Positions 24,651 through 38,817 of a stretch of DNA of 64,000 nucleotides are shown here, one piece after another; position 1 is the stretch's first letter, and each line of letters opens with the position of its first letter. A program made the position numbers and the translations under genes. The notes beneath the pieces were generated by a model that saw only the letters and a list, made by a program, of their open reading frames with translations, had not been told where the DNA came from and did not search any database. The stretch is taken from the NCBI GenBank assembly GCA_964016885.1, contig OZ024760.1, positions 29,388,001 through 29,452,000 on the forward strand, in the 5' to 3' direction. This DNA is from Eledone cirrhosa (Eukaryota).

Positions 24651-24711
24651 TTTTATCTGATGAAAGCACACTATAATTTAACTTGGTGTCCTTGAAATAT
24701 GTATAATGAAA
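24651..24711 (+). ncRNA. Type I hammerhead motif (TATATA stem III family)
   Basis: TTTTAT-CTGATGA-AAG...CTT-GAAA-TATGTA-TA^-ATGAAA. Confidence 0.7.
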
Positions 24712-25229
24712 TCAATATGGTTTTATAAATATAGTTTCCATTTGTTAATATATCGTATATATACATATATATATAAATGAAAGGTATAGAAAGTATTGTA
24801 GCAAGAAGCCAACAGTATTCCATAATATATATATACATATATATATCTATAGAGAGAGAGAGACAGAGATTGGAAATAGCACGGAAAATATATTTTAGGG
24901 TCTGGGTTTTTTTCCCATTCTTTGATTCATCAAAGTGACATTATTGAAAAAATGAAAGGGACAATTCTTTAAAAAAAAGTTTTATAAAGTATATAAAGTG
25001 TTACCGGCTTTGATGTATTAGTAATATATAAAAGTATCCTACTTTATTTTTTCCTGTGTGAAGTAATGACGTTAGGGAGACAAAGGTGTACAAAGTGAAG
25101 TTGGCAACATTCATGCACATGCTTGACTTTTGGCATGCTCTCTGGATGTGTTACTCACTGTCAGACAGCCACCATGTGAGGTGTGTGCTACTTATTCATC
25201 ACATTCTCATTTCACCTGAAACTGTCAAC

Positions 25230-26265
25230 AAGTATCCTGAGTTCCTGAATACTGTGATAACTGGAGGTGAGTGTATGGGTAGAAACCAGACACCTAACAT
25301 CTGTCATTACTGTAGTAATATCTAATGGTACCCCCACAACCCCCCAAAATATGTCAGGTGTGGAGCAAAAAACAAGGTGATACTGTTTTCTTTGACTACC
25401 AAGTCATTGTGTATCACAAATACAACATACACCTGATGGACAAACATTTATAAAGGGTTGCTATAAGGGAGTTTTCTGGTGTTTTGTGATGTCAGTTGGT
25501 GTGAGAGGCTGGGTCTGTGGGTCTTGTAAAACTGGCAGCTGCATCGTGACAATATCCACAGCTCATTTGTCATAGCTGCATCGTGACAATACCCACAGCT
25601 CATTTGTCACAGCTGCATCGTGACAATATCCACAGCTCATTTGTCACAGCTGCATCGTGACAATATCCACAGCTGCATCGTGACAATACCCACAGCTCAT
25701 TTGTCACAGTTGCATCGTGACATTATCCACAGCTCATTTGTCACAGCTTCTTCAAGGTTTTTGGCAAAGAAAGGTAAATTCATTCATTTTCCAGGCTTTT
25801 TATTCTCCAAACATGGCTGCTTCTGACTCCTGGTTGTTCCCAAAACTGAAAGTCTCTGATTTTGAGAGTCAAGAGGACAACATAAAGACTGCGATGGCAG
25901 AGATGAAAGCTATTTCGGAAGATCTATTCCAAATATGGCTGCTTCTGACTCCTGGTTGTTCCCAAAACTGAAAGTCTCTGACTCGGAGAGTTAAGAGGAC
26001 ATCATACGCAATGCTAGATTAACCATTGTTCTTCGGTGTGATTAAGTACAGGTCTCCGCCGTTGGCAGTGGGGGGGGGGGGCATCTTTCTACCAGAAAAT
26101 ATTTTTTACAATGAATTTTTCAAATGCTTGGATCCTCGTAACTAGAACAGGGTTTCATTTGTCCTAAATCCAGCGCTGTTCCTAAGGACTGCGATGACAG
26201 AGAGGACAGCTATCTTGGAAGATCCATTCTAAATATGGCTCCTTCTTACTTCTGGTTGTTCCCAT
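25230..26265 (+). pseudogene. Degraded mariner (Tc1/mariner) transposase relic with internal tandem duplications
   Basis: Fragments FLNTVITGGE, TVFFDYQVIVYH, WQLHRDN..AH (amplified as a 37-bp array at 25536-25747) and YSPNMAASDSWLFPKLK. These correspond to mariner TGDETW, LHHDNA and YSPDLAP-DF-LF motifs. Confidence 0.75.
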
Positions 26266-26443
26266 ACTTGTGTGTGTGTATTTGCATTGGTGTGTGTTTG
26301 TATGTTCATATGTATGTGTGTGTGTGTTGCATTATTGGGTCTTTGATTGTTCATATGTATATGTGTATACATACATATATATATGTGTGTGTGAGAGAGA
26401 GAGAGAGAACAGCTGTGTGTATGAGAGAGCAGCTGTTTATATG

Positions 26444-26475
<32 letters not shown>

Positions 26476-28128
26476 AGTGAGAGAGGGCATTTGTTTGTAT
26501 GTGAATATATATATATTCACACGTGTGTGTGTGTGTGTGCATGTTATCAGTGTATAAATAAATGACTTATTTGAAATTGTATCCATGCAATCACGACACA
26601 CACATACACACAGAGACACATACACTTACATATACATACACACAGAGACACATACACTTACATACACATGCTTGCAGATATTGTAATTGTGAGGCTAATA
26701 TTTGAAAGAACTGGCTATTCCATTCTTTACTTCACCACAACTACAACCACCACCACCACCAACACCACCATCACCACCACCAACACCACCACCACCACCA
26801 CCACCACCACCACTATCACCACCACAACCAACACCACCACCACCACCAACACCACCACCACTACAACCACCACCAACACCACCACCACCAACACCACCAC
26901 CACTACAACCACCACCAACACCACCACCACCACTATCACCACCACAACCAACACCACCACCACCACCACACAACCATTATATCCAATTCCTTCTGTCTGT
27001 GAAGTGGAAATAAAAAGTTGGTTTCGTGTTTCAGTTTATTTTTTCGAAATTTTATTTTTATTTTTATTTTTCGATTTATTTAGAATTTAGTTTTTCTGAG
27101 TCTTTGGTGCAGAGAATGTCTGTTGGGGAAAAGGAGAGAATAGTGGGATGGAAGAATAACAGAATAAGTTAGTTGGAGAAGAACATAAGAATAAGAAGAA
27201 CATAAGGATAAAAGAATAACAAAAGAGATTAATTCTTTAATCTTTTTTCAAACTGTAGAGAGACGGTGAGAGTGGGGCGAGTAGTGAGAGAGGGAGAGAG
27301 ACAGGTAGAGAGGGGGAGAGAGACAGATAGAGAGGGGAAGAGATAGGCAGGGAGAGGGATTGAGAAAGAGAAAAATGAATGAGAGGCTGAGTGTGAGAAG
27401 AGAGAGAGAGAAATTACAAAGATATTCTTAACTGTGGTTTGTTTGTCTCTCTGTCTGTCTGTCTGTCTGTCTGTCTGTTTACCTCTCTCTGTCAATATGT
27501 GTGTCTGTCTCTCTCTGTCTCTCTCCCTCTCTCTGTGTCAGTATGTCTGCTTCTCTCTCACTCTCGCTCTCTCTGTCACTGTGTCTTGTTAGCCAGCCCC
27601 TACAACCCCAGGGTGGCATAGTAGTACTGTTGGTAGGTGTTGAAACTGCCAAAGTCCATCTCAACAGCTGGACACATGGGAGTCCTCTCTCCTTCATTTC
27701 TCTATTTTCAAAAGAAATGTTTTAAGGTTTCTCCTTTAAACCATTGTTTTTTTCCATTCTTCCTTCTTTGCCTTCTCTTTTCCCTTATCCTAATTTTATT
27801 AAGTGTATATTTGTATATATATATATATATATATATATATACGGGGTAACAAATAATAGTTATATGCAATCCACTTAGGTGTAGTCCAGTTATGGTACTC
27901 CGGGTAGTGGATGATATCAACTTTATACTTCTGCTTCATGTCAGCTAGTTTTACACGCCAAAATCTTAGATACACTATACCCCCCACCTAATGTAATGTC
28001 AGGGTCTCCTCAAATAATTTATTACTAGCATTGTTGTAATTGTTGTTATCGTTCTAACTGAATGCCATTACTACTTCATATAGTAGCCTGTATATTCCTT
28101 TCATGCCTGTATATCCTCTTCATTCTCG

Positions 28129-28241
28129 CATGCTCCGAAGAACTGACTGGTTATAATTTTGTAATGGCGATCGAGTAATGTGAAAACAAGCGAATAGCAA
28201 TCTCTAGACCTACCAGTTCAGAGAAACAATTGTCAGCTATG
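28129..28241 (+). ncRNA. Hammerhead-like motif (CCGAAGA core), 81-nt stem II, CAATTG family
   Basis: CATGCT-CCGAAGA-ACTGACTGG...CCAGTTCAGA-GAAA-CAATTG-TC^-AGCtATG. Confidence 0.6.
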
Positions 28242-28293
28242 AGATTAAAAACCTTTTTTGTATAGCAAACCATGTCAATCTTCTTTCCTGATT

Positions 28294-28324
<31 letters not shown>

Positions 28325-28361
28325 GTATATGTATATATATGTATATATATGTATATATATG

Positions 28362-28397
<36 letters not shown>

Positions 28398-28463
28398 TGT
28401 ATATATATGTATGTATATATATGTATATATATATATGTATATATATGTATATGTATATATATG

Positions 28464-28494
<31 letters not shown>

Positions 28495-28557
28495 GTATAT
28501 ATATGTATATATATATATATATGTATATATATGTATATGTATATGTATATATATGCA

Positions 28558-28592
<35 letters not shown>

Positions 28593-28684
28593 GTATATAT
28601 ATGTATATATATATAAATCAAGGTTTAGCAAATAAGAAAAAGTTTTAAAATAAATTTCAAAAAATTCACTGTACTTACTATGGT

Positions 28685-28772
28685 AACCTTTACCGAACGG
28701 TTTCGAGTCTCAAAAATAAATGGAAAGTCCTTGCGGGCCTCCATTGAAATGATAAACTCTCATCAGAAGGTT
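28685..28772 (-). ncRNA. Type I hammerhead ribozyme motif, intact, 55-nt stem II
   Basis: AACCTT-CTGATGA-GAGT...ACTC-GAAA-CCGTTCGG-TA^-AAGGTT. Confidence 0.85.
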
Positions 28773-29278
28773 CTTTTCACTCGGAGAATATAAAATTCCC
28801 AAGTTCGAATTACGAACCTGCGCTATTCAAAATTGTTCCCGAGATGAGAATGAATGATGTGGAAGCAATTCTGTCCAGTGCCGTGTGCAAAGATAGAAGG
28901 CAGAGGCAGGGAGGTCAATCTATGGCATATGGTTGGATAATACATGTGTCCCTATATGTTTTATGCGTGTAGGGATATATAATTTATCATCATCACCATC
29001 ATCACCGTTTTACGTCCGTTCTTCCACGCTAGCATGGGTTAGACGGGTTGTCCTGTTGTGGGCAGCGTCTGGTCGGCTGACCATGCCTTGCTCATACAGG
29101 AATTGATTTGGCTTGATTTCTACAGCTGGATTCCCTTCCTAACACCAACCTCATTTACAGTGAGTGCTAGATGCTTTTTCGTCCACTTTACAGTGTGGGC
29201 TGGGTGCATTTTTGCCGTGGCACCTATATATATACAATATATTAATAAATGGAAACTATATTTATAAAACCATATTTA

Positions 29279-29340
29279 TTTTATTATATATATTTCAAGG
29301 GCAACCAAGGCAAATTATGGTGTGCTTTCATCAGATAAAA
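29279..29340 (-). ncRNA. Type I hammerhead motif, paralogue of 24651
   Basis: TTTTAT-CTGATGA-AAG...CTT-GAAA-TATATA-TA^-ATAAAA. The host element has an inverted terminal duplication at ~29412-29450. Confidence 0.75.
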
Positions 29341-29538
29341 TACAGATTTGTTTTATAAATAAATATTGACATACCCGGAAAAAAGACAACCTTAACGGTT
29401 GGAGCTTCCTATTTTATAAATATAGTTTCCATTTATTAATATATTGTGTATTTACTCCACATACTGTTGAGTGCTTTATATCAGTTATAAAAATGTTTAA
29501 GCTTGTTGAATCCCAACAAATTAAATATAACCTCTGCG

Positions 29539-29647
<109 letters not shown>

Positions 29648-29671
29648 GTATTTGTATATATATATATATAT

Positions 29672-29709
<38 letters not shown>

Positions 29710-29884
29710 TATATGTATATGTGTTTATATATATGTATATATATATTATATATATACACATATACACACACACATATATATATTTCCTCTCCCTAAAAAT
29801 AATTTTGTTCTATGAAAAGACACAACTACCACCACCACCACCACTACTGCTACTACCACCACCACCACTACTACTACTACTACC

Positions 29885-29930
<46 letters not shown>

Positions 29931-30227
29931 TCTATATATAAGGTTCCATTTTAGACCCAGTCTTCTTCTCAACAAGAAAGATGAACAGACCTTCTTTAAA
30001 ACTCAATTTTAAATGTTTAATTTTTAAATCTTTTTAATTATAATGTTCAACATTTGATAAGATGGATTACACTGATATATTGAAACTGGTTATATTTTAT
30101 ATACAATATAAAAGTCCTTTTTTAAATAAAATTGTTCCTCTCAATTTTTCAATGTCACTTTGACGGATCAAAGAAGAAAAATGAAATAGATTCTTTAAAT
30201 ATATTTTCCATGTTATTTCCAATTCCA

Positions 30228-30349
<122 letters not shown>

Positions 30350-30484
30350 TGTAATAATAATAAATTTGAAGACTAAAATCCAAAGAGGGCTCAATAAGGA
30401 TAAATATATATCAAATATATAAGAACCGTAGAGCAAATATATGATTTCTAAAGAATGAAACAGTTCTAGTCCTGTAGAATCTCA

Positions 30485-30537
<53 letters not shown>

Positions 30538-30540
30538 GTA

Positions 30541-30573
<33 letters not shown>

Positions 30574-30648
30574 CATATATGTGTAATATATATGTATATA
30601 CATTATATATATATATATTATATATATATATATATACATATATATATA

Positions 30649-30697
<49 letters not shown>

Positions 30698-31177
30698 ATA
30701 TATATATATTTATATATAATCTATATATATAAAACTGTAGTTGTCTGTGTGTCTGTGTGTGTGTCCTCATTTTTGCAAAGTCTATACAAATCCACATTTC
30801 AACTCCCATTGACTTCAAACTTACATTTATATATTCCTTGCGGTCTAAAGATATTAACTGCAGCTTTTATTTTTCAATTTTCTGTTGTTAAAGGGGTGTT
30901 AGGCACTGGTTATCCATCTCCGTAGCGCTCTTATAATATCTGTCTGTGTGCCTGGCTGTCAACATTCTGACCAACACGTTATTGCTGACGTATTATCTTC
31001 GCCACATTCACACACACATATATATACATATACATATATACACACATATATACACATATATACACATATACATACATATGTGCAGCTTCATATGCAAATG
31101 AGATTAATCACCTCTTTTACACAAACGAGAAAAGTATATATTCTCAGCTGTTTTCTAGTCCAGCAGTCGCAAGCGGT

Positions 31178-31236
31178 GGGAGGGACCGTCCTGACGAAGT
31201 CCAGTTAAGCCTGTAATGCATAGACGGTTGTCTCCC
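31178..31236 (+). ncRNA. Degenerate hammerhead motif (GAAA changed to GTAA)
   Basis: GGGAG..ACCGTC-CTGACGA-AG...CT-GTAA-TGCA-TA-GACGGT..CTCCC. Confidence 0.5.
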
Positions 31237-31429
31237 TTGCTTCTGTTGGACATCACCAGAGGGCATTAGCCCGCCGGTTTTTGCATAGTTACGGCTTCCT
31301 AAAACCATATTTCTTTGGAAATACAAAATGATTATACATATTGTATAAAGCTATGCTTGAAGCGAAATCCTATTTCTTTTATATATATATATATGTATAT
31401 ATACATACATATACAAACACATACACACT

Positions 31430-31905
31430 GCTCTCAAGGAATATGAAGCAGTGACAGGAGCAAAGTTAAACCAGGAAAAGTTGGTGGGCTTGGAGCTCGG
31501 CACCTGGAGAGGCAAGTCCATGCTGCCCGACAGTGTCGTGGGGTGCTGGACGGAAGGACCGGTTAAATTGCTCGGGGTCTGGTTCGGTCTGGACCTCTAG
31601 ATGGAGAAAAACTGGAGCGAGGTGACAAACAGGGTGGCCTCTCTCACCCAGAAATGGGCCAAGAAGAAGCTGTCCCTGAAAGGTCGGGCAGAGGTGGTGA
31701 ATGCGTTCATCGCAGCCGTCATCTGCTACCGCCTAACCATTGTGCCTTGCCCCGGCCCAACTCTGACAAAAATGGAGCGCCTTCTCTTCCGCTTTTTATG
31801 GAAGCGATGTGCTCCCATGGTCAGACAATCCATCTGCTGTCAACACCCGTGGCTGATCATGTGCAAACACACGTTGAGGCTGCAACATCTCTGGTGCTTC
31901 CTTGA
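31430..31905 (+). pseudogene. L1/Tx1-clade LINE ORF2 fragment (RT domains 6-7 and downstream)
   Basis: YEAVTGAKLNQEK...VKLLGVWFG..*MEKNW...KLSLKGRAEVVNAF...FRFLW, with an in-frame stop. Confidence 0.85.
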
Positions 31906-32059
31906 TGAGTGCAAAAATGAGGGGACACACACACACACAGACAATTTCACTTTTATATGTATGTATAGATATACATACATATACAAAAACATATGCACAT
32001 ATATATATACACATATACATATATATAAATATACACATAAAAATCTATCTATCTATCTA

Positions 32060-32240
32060 GAGCGGGTAAAATTCCCGAGATCCATGGACGAGTTCTCTCC
32101 AGCGGTCCCTGTCCCTCATTATTGCTGCCATGTCCTGCGTCTCCAACAGACCAGTGTCTGTCCTTAGGGCATCAACATATGTCAACCTCGGTCTTCCTCT
32201 TCCAGTGTGTCCATGCAGTGTCAACTCTGGATGTCGGTGA
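32060..32240 (-). pseudogene. C-terminal fragment of another RTE-type LINE
   Basis: GRGRPRLTYVDALRTDTG...MRDRDRWRELV. Confidence 0.65.
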
Positions 32241-32475
32241 GCATGTCCAGTTCGTGAGTTTTTAACAGGCACTCACAAATAAACATTTCTCATTGGAGGT
32301 GCTATTACCAATTTTCTTACCCGTGCAATGCCGGGATACACTGCTAGTGTATATACGATATTAAACAAATGGAAACTATATTTATAAAACCATATTTATT
32401 TCATTATACATATTTCAGGGATACCATATTAAAAATACATAAAACTTCATCATATATAAATATATATATATATAT

Positions 32476-33246
32476 ATCATCATCATCATCATCATCATCA
32501 GGTTTAGCGTCCGTGTTCCACGCTTGCATGGGTTTGGACGGGGGTTTTCCCACTTGAGGCAAGAGTGGTTGTCTTGCTCGCATAGGACTGTCTGGCGGGT
32601 TTTCTACAGTCGGATGCCCTTCCTAACACCAACCACATTTACAGTGTGGGGCTGGGAGGTTTTTACCGTGTTGCCTACACGGCCACATTTACAGCGTGGA
32701 CTGTCTGGCGGGTTTTCTACAGCTGGATGCCCTTCCTAACACCAACCACATTTACAGTGTGGGGCTGGGAGGTTTTTACCGTGTTGCCTACACGGCCACA
32801 TTTACAGCGTGGACTGTGTGTTTTTTGTCGTGACACCTACACGATCTCATTTGTTTCGGCCTGGATGTTGTGGGACCAACATAACTTTACATTGAAAGGG
32901 GCGGTGTGGGTGGGGTGGAGGTGGTGGGACGGGGGTGTGTTTTGATAGAGATGCCTACTGACTGTAGTAGGTTTTTACTTTGTATTTAGGTAAGGCGGGT
33001 CTTCTCTATTACTGAGTACCGCCAAAGGTCTCGGTCCAGTGACATTGTCTTGGAGAGGTGTAAGCGTGTGAGGTCGGAATTTATCAGCTCGTCCCATGTT
33101 TTTCTGGGTCTGCCTACTCCGTGGCTACCGTCTATCTTTATTGCCCTGCACTTTGTTATACAGCTGTCGTCTTTCATGCGCATCACGTGACCGTACCAAC
33201 GTAGCCTTCTCTCGAGTAAACAACATCTGATCCCTCTTATTTCTAA
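32476..33246 (-). mobile_element. 5'-truncated RTE LINE 3' fragment, ending 140 bp upstream of exon 2
   Basis: RLRWYGHVMRMKDDSC...GRPRKTWDE; the 3' UTR has an internal duplication; (GAT)n tail. Confidence 0.9.
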
Positions 33247-33386
33247 TTTTTTTATATATATATGGGATTAGGGTCCTCTCATCAGCTTATATCATCATCA
33301 TCATCATCATCATCATTTTACGTCCGCTTTTCCCTGCTATATATATATTATATATATTATATGTTGTCATTTTGTTCTCTTACCAG

Positions 33387-33481
33387 GTGAATGGACAAGT
33401 TCTGTATGGCAGGAGTCACCTAAATGCTTCAGCTATCATCAAAGGGTTAACCCAACCAGTATTGAAAGTAGTCTTATTAAG
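33387..33481 (+). CDS. MPDZ: Next exon of the multi-PDZ gene, C-terminal part of the same PDZ domain
   Basis: ttctcttaccag|GTG acceptor in phase 0, matching the previous exon. Encodes VNGQVLYGRSHLNASAIIKGLTQPVLKVVLL(R); donor AG|gtatgt in phase 2. Too short for the ORF track. Confidence 0.9.
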
Positions 33482-33639
33482 GTATGTTACTTTTTCTATA
33501 ATTCCTCGGCTCCTTTGTTCAAGTGCAATACATCATTGGTAACGACAGTCTTGTAATTAAATTGGCTTTTAAGTGTTTCAGTGTGAAGGTGAATGGAAGG
33601 GGGGAACAGAGTTAATAAATTGACTAATAGTTGTCAGTT

Positions 33640-34650
33640 AGATGGTGGTGGTGGGGGTGGGGTGGGGTGGTGACGTTAGATGGTGGTGGGTGGTGACGTT
33701 AGATGGTGGGGTGGGTGGTGACGTTAGATGGTGGTGGGGTGGTGTTAGATGGTGGGGGTGGCGTTAGATGGCTGTGGTGGTGGGGTGGTGACGTTAGATG
33801 GTGGTGGAGTGGTGTTAGATGGTGGTGGTGGTGGGGTGGTGGGGTGGTGTTAGATGGTGGTGGGGTGGTGACGTTAGAGGGTGGTGGGGTGGTGTTAGAT
33901 GGTGGTGGGGTGGTGACGTTAGATGGTGGTGGAGTGGTGTTAGATGGTGGTGGGGTGGTGACGTTAGATGGTGGGGTGGTGACGTTAGATGGTGGTGGTG
34001 GGGTGGTGTTAGGAAGCTACCTGAGAGTTTGGTAAGAATTTCCAGACAGTTTTTCTGGTTTCAGTGGTGGGGTGGGGGATGCAGGACTGTGACACAACTC
34101 CAGTTATAGTGAGATGTGTCACAACAGGTGGTGATGATGTTTGTGGTGGTAGTGGTAGTGGTGGTAGTGGTAGTAGTGGTGGTTTTGGAAGTAGTAGTGG
34201 TAGTGGTGGTGGTGCTGGTGGCTGTGGTAGTAGTAGTAGTAGTAGTGGTGGTGGTGGTAGTAGTGGTAGTAGTATTAGTGGTGGCTGTGGTAGTAGTAGT
34301 AGTGGTGGTAGTGGTAGTAGTAGTAGTGGTGGTGGTGCTAGTAGTAGTAATGGTGGTAGTGGTGGTGGTGGTGGTGATGGTAGTAGTAGTGTTGGTGGTG
34401 GTGGTAGTAGCAGTAGTTGTAGTGGTGGTGGTAGTAGTAGTAGAAGTGGTGGTGGTAGTAGTATTGGTGGTGGTGGTGGTGGTAGTAGTACTACTACTAC
34501 CACTACTACTAGTAGTAGTATTAGTAGTAGAAGTGATGGTGGAGGTAGTAGTAGTGGTGGTGGTAGTAGTGGTGGTGGTGGTGGTAGTAGTAGTGGTGGT
34601 GGTAGTAGTAGTATTACTACCACTACTACTACTAGTAGTAGTGATGGGGG
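33640..34650. repeat. GGT-rich mini- and microsatellites
   Basis: GGTGGTGACGTTAGATGGT units, then (GGT/AGT)n. Confidence 0.9.
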
Positions 34651-34726
34651 TGTGGTGGAGGTGGAATTATAAAGTAGAAGTTGTCTTTGATTCACAGCTC
34701 TGTTATTTCAAGTCAGTTGTTGTTGT

Positions 34727-34764
<38 letters not shown>

Positions 34765-34939
34765 TAAGAATGAGAGGGGGTTGAGTGTCTACAATCAGTT
34801 CAGTCCAGCTGTAGGAAGTTATCCAGAATAAATGGCTTTCATCCATCTCTGACTAAATAGTCTCTTGTTTTACTTTATCTCAATTGACACAACACCTGAC
34901 TATAGCTATACATACTGCATATACATATATATATATATA

Positions 34940-37900
34940 ATCATCATCACCATCATCATCATCGTTTAACGTCCATCTTCCACGTTAGCAAGGGTTTGGA
35001 CGGTAATTTTCCCACTTGAGGCAAGATTGGTTGTCTTGCTCGTATAGGACTGTTTGGCGGGTTTTCTACGGCTGGATGCCCTTCCTAACACCAACCACAT
35101 TTACAGTGTGGACTGGGAGGTTTTTACCATGTTACCTACACGGCCACATTACAGCGTCGACTGTGTATTTTTTTGTTGTGACATCTACACGACCTCATTT
35201 ATTTTGGACTGGATGTTGTGGTACCAACATAACTTTACATCGAAAGGGGTGGTTTGGATGGGGTGGGGGTAGTGGGACAGGGGTGTATATTTGGTTAAGA
35301 GGTGCCTACTGACTGTAGGTTTCGCTTTGTACTTAGGCAAGGCGGGTCTTCTGTAATACTGCGTATATCCTCTGCACACAATGCCCAGGTCTCACTGCCA
35401 TGCAACATTGCTGTTCGTATGCAGGCATCATACAGCCTGCCTTTCATTTTTAGGGAGAACCCTTTAGCAGCTAATAGTGGTATAAGCTCTCTGAACTTTT
35501 TCCATCCAGTTCTGACTCTAGCTACTGTACTTTCAGAGCACCCTCCCCCACTGCTGATTTTGTCACTCAGGTAACGGAAGCTGTCCACTATTTCTATAGA
35601 ACCATCTGTGCAATGGAATGAGCTAGTATTCTGTGGGCACTTGCTGCTACTTATTGCACCTGAGCACCGGCCACATATAAAATCTATATTCTTAGTTAGC
35701 TTACTTGTGATCCCACTACATCTTTTATGCACCCATACTTTGTATTTGGGACATAAAATGGAGTTTCTGCCTACTCCTTTCCTACACACTGAGCATGGTC
35801 ATTTCCCAGATGGGACGGTGCCCTATTTTCCTTTCTACAAACTAGTACTTTAGTCTTAGGTTAATTTTAAAGCCTTTTGATTCTAGGCCATGCTTCCATG
35901 TTTGTTATTTCATCTCTAGTTCAGCCATTGATTCAGCTATGAGCGTTACATCATCTGCATATAGGAGTTCCCATGGGCAGCCGGTCTTGAACTCCTCTGT
36001 TATAACCTGAAGGGCAATAATAAATAGGAGGAGGCTAAGGACGGAGCCCTGATGAACACCAACTTTTACGCTAAACTCTTCACTATATTTGTTGTTAATT
36101 CTAACCTTGCTGACTGTTTCTTTATACATGGCTTGTATAGCTCTCACAAGCCATTCATCAACACCTAGTTTTCTGAGAGCCCACCAGATAATGGGGCGTG
36201 GGACTCTGTCAACGGCTTTCTCCAAGTCAACAAAAGCTAAGTATAGGGGTTTACTTTTAGCTAGGTACTTCTCCTGTAGTTGTCGTACAATGAAAAGAGC
36301 GTATGTGGTACTTTTACCTGACACAAACCCAAACTGCATTTCATCGAGATCAATTCGCTCTCTGATTAGTTGCGCTATTACTTTTTCTGTGACCTTCATG
36401 ACCTGGTCAATTAATTTAATGCCTCTATAGTTTCCCCTATCTAGGGCATCTCCTTTACCCTTGTAGCAGTTAATGATGATGCTGCTACGCCAGTCCTTCG
36501 GTACGACCCAATTCTGTATGACTTGGTTTACTATCCGGGTGACCATAGTGTGTCCCACCGTTCCAAATGCTTTCAGCATTTCAGTAACTATTTCCGAAGG
36601 CCCAGCCGCCTTACCCGTCTTCATATCTTTGATTGCCTTACTTATTATACTACCTTCAACTTGCACTGCTGGTCCCTCTATTGGATCGATGTGGGGGAGA
36701 CTGTCTTTCTCCCATTTATTCTCTTCATTTAGTAGCCTTTCGTAGTGACACTTCCAAGCTACCTTCTTATCAGCATCAGTGATGGCAAGTACACCATCAT
36801 CATTAAGGACACACTTTTCCCCGACAATATCACGGTTTTCCTTGACACATTGCCTAGCAATCCTGAACACCTCACGTTTTTGGTCCTTGCGTTGTAGAAC
36901 ATGCTTGAACTTTCTTTCCTCTGCTTCCCTTCTTGCGAAGTACACTTGTCTTCTAGCTTCCTTCCTGGCCACTTGATAGTCTTCTCTACTTCCCCCATCC
37001 CGCCATACTTTCCAAGCCTGCTTTTTGGCCTTGATCGACTCCTCCACCTTACTGTTGCACCACCAAGTTACTCTCCTCCTGCCTATAGGTCTGCTCCTGC
37101 CACAGATTTCATCTGTTGCCCTCAGCAGGTTAGCTTTCAGGAATTCCCACTGTTCCTCTATATTGTACGACTCTAATTGCTCTTCATTACTGTCGAAAGC
37201 ATCAAGTAATATGCTTTTAAATTTATTACTGGCTGTGGGGTCCTTTAGCTTCCATATTCTTCTCCTAAGGATAGTCCTCCTCTGTTGTCGAGTACGTTTC
37301 GTCCTGACTATGAGGTCGCTAACTATGAGTTTATGTTGGGAGGTGCATTCTTCATGGAGGAGTGATTTAGTGTTTACAACAGACACTCTGTCACATCTTC
37401 TGGTAAGGATATAATCTATCTGACTGGCGTGTTCCCCTGATCTATAGGTGATCAAGTGATTGTCTCGTTTTTTTTAAGTTAGTGTTACAGATAGTTAGGT
37501 TATTTGCGTCACAGAATTCCAGGATTCTGGAGCCTTCCTCATTTCTACTACCAAACCCATAGCCTCCATGGATTCCGTCATAGCCGTCACAATGTTGTCC
37601 AACGTAACCATTTAGGTCGCCTGCGATAATTATGTAGTCAATGTCGGTTATTTGGGAGGTAGTGAGCATTAATGACTCATAGAATCTGTCTTTTATAACG
37701 CCAGGCAGTCCGGATTGGGGTGCATACGCAGATATTACTGTCACAGTAGTTCTATTTAGGACAAGTCTTATTTTAATTATTCACTCTATTTACGTCTATT
37801 ATCTTATCTGCACATTTTTCTGCTAGCATGATTCCTACTCCACCCAGCCCATTGTCATTTCCCACCCAGAAAAGCTTATAGCATCGTTTTTTACCCACAA

Positions 37901-38817
37901 TGAATCTAGCAGACCCACCCCTCCACCTGGTCTCTTGGATACAGCAAACATCAACCTCCTTACGTTCAAGCATTTCTACAACCTCGTTAGAGCGACCTTT
38001 TAAGGTGCCTACATTCATGGTACCAACTCTGAAGTTTTGGATTGCGTTTGGTGGGTGGGAACGGTGGGGCGCAGGGAGGGGTGAGGGAGATGGGGTTATG
38101 TTAGCCATCCGCGGCCGAAATAAAGAGGAGTCCTTGCATTCTCATCCGGCAGCATGAGGTGAATTTGTCTTTATCTTTGGCATTCTCACTGAGTGTCCAG
38201 ATTTTTCAGACTCTCCAGAATTCCGTAGTCCATCCATCACATTGAAAGGCAACCAGGTCTAAACTTAAGAAGTGATAGCATAGGCCGCTGATTTATGATT
38301 GGTCCAAGTAATAATGGTGGCGAGTGGGGGCGAGTGGGAGGATATGGGGTAGTTAGCGAGAAGGTTTAAATAAAATCCTCGAATTTTGGGCATAATTGAA
38401 CAAGCATATCACAGTAATACGAGAAGAATTATGGAATTTTGAAATACAAGAAGATTATTTTGAACAATCAGACAGAATTATCGAATAGCATTGAAAAAGC
38501 AAAGATTGGATTCTGGACGATATGATACAAATAGATGAATGGACCAGGGAAGATGAAGGGAAGACAAAAAAAATAGCATTTGTAGATTACATTTCACAGA
38601 AGAGCGAGCGGTCTAACCAAGAATAAGGGATTGACAAATTCTGAGTTTCCTACTTGCAACAGGTTTATTTTATATTTGGAGAGAGAGGAAGGGATTGAGA
38701 GAGAACCAGCAGGCGTGTATACGATATTTAGGGGAGGGGTGAAGAATAGGAGGGAGCAGGAAGGTTATTTTATAAAATCCTAGAATTTCGGCCATAATTA
38801 AATGAACGATATCATCA
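34940..38817 (-). mobile_element. Near full-length, frameshifted RTE LINE (APE endonuclease + RT + PHD-like finger)
   Basis: APE: VGTMNVGTL, CIQETRW, SAYAPQ, AGDLNG, IDYIL, SQHKL (ORFs 37773-38108, 37442-37744, 35905-37455). RT: NYRGIKL, QFGF, LLYADD. (GAT)n tail. The 5' boundary is approximate. Confidence 0.92.

Larger units (their letters stand above)
30720..32347 (+). mobile_element. Probable non-autonomous Helitron with nested or captured fragments
   Basis: 5' A|TCTATATATATAAAA; 3' hairpin CCCG-TGCAATGC-CGGG followed by CTAG|T. That the two ends belong to one element is inferred. Confidence 0.55.
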
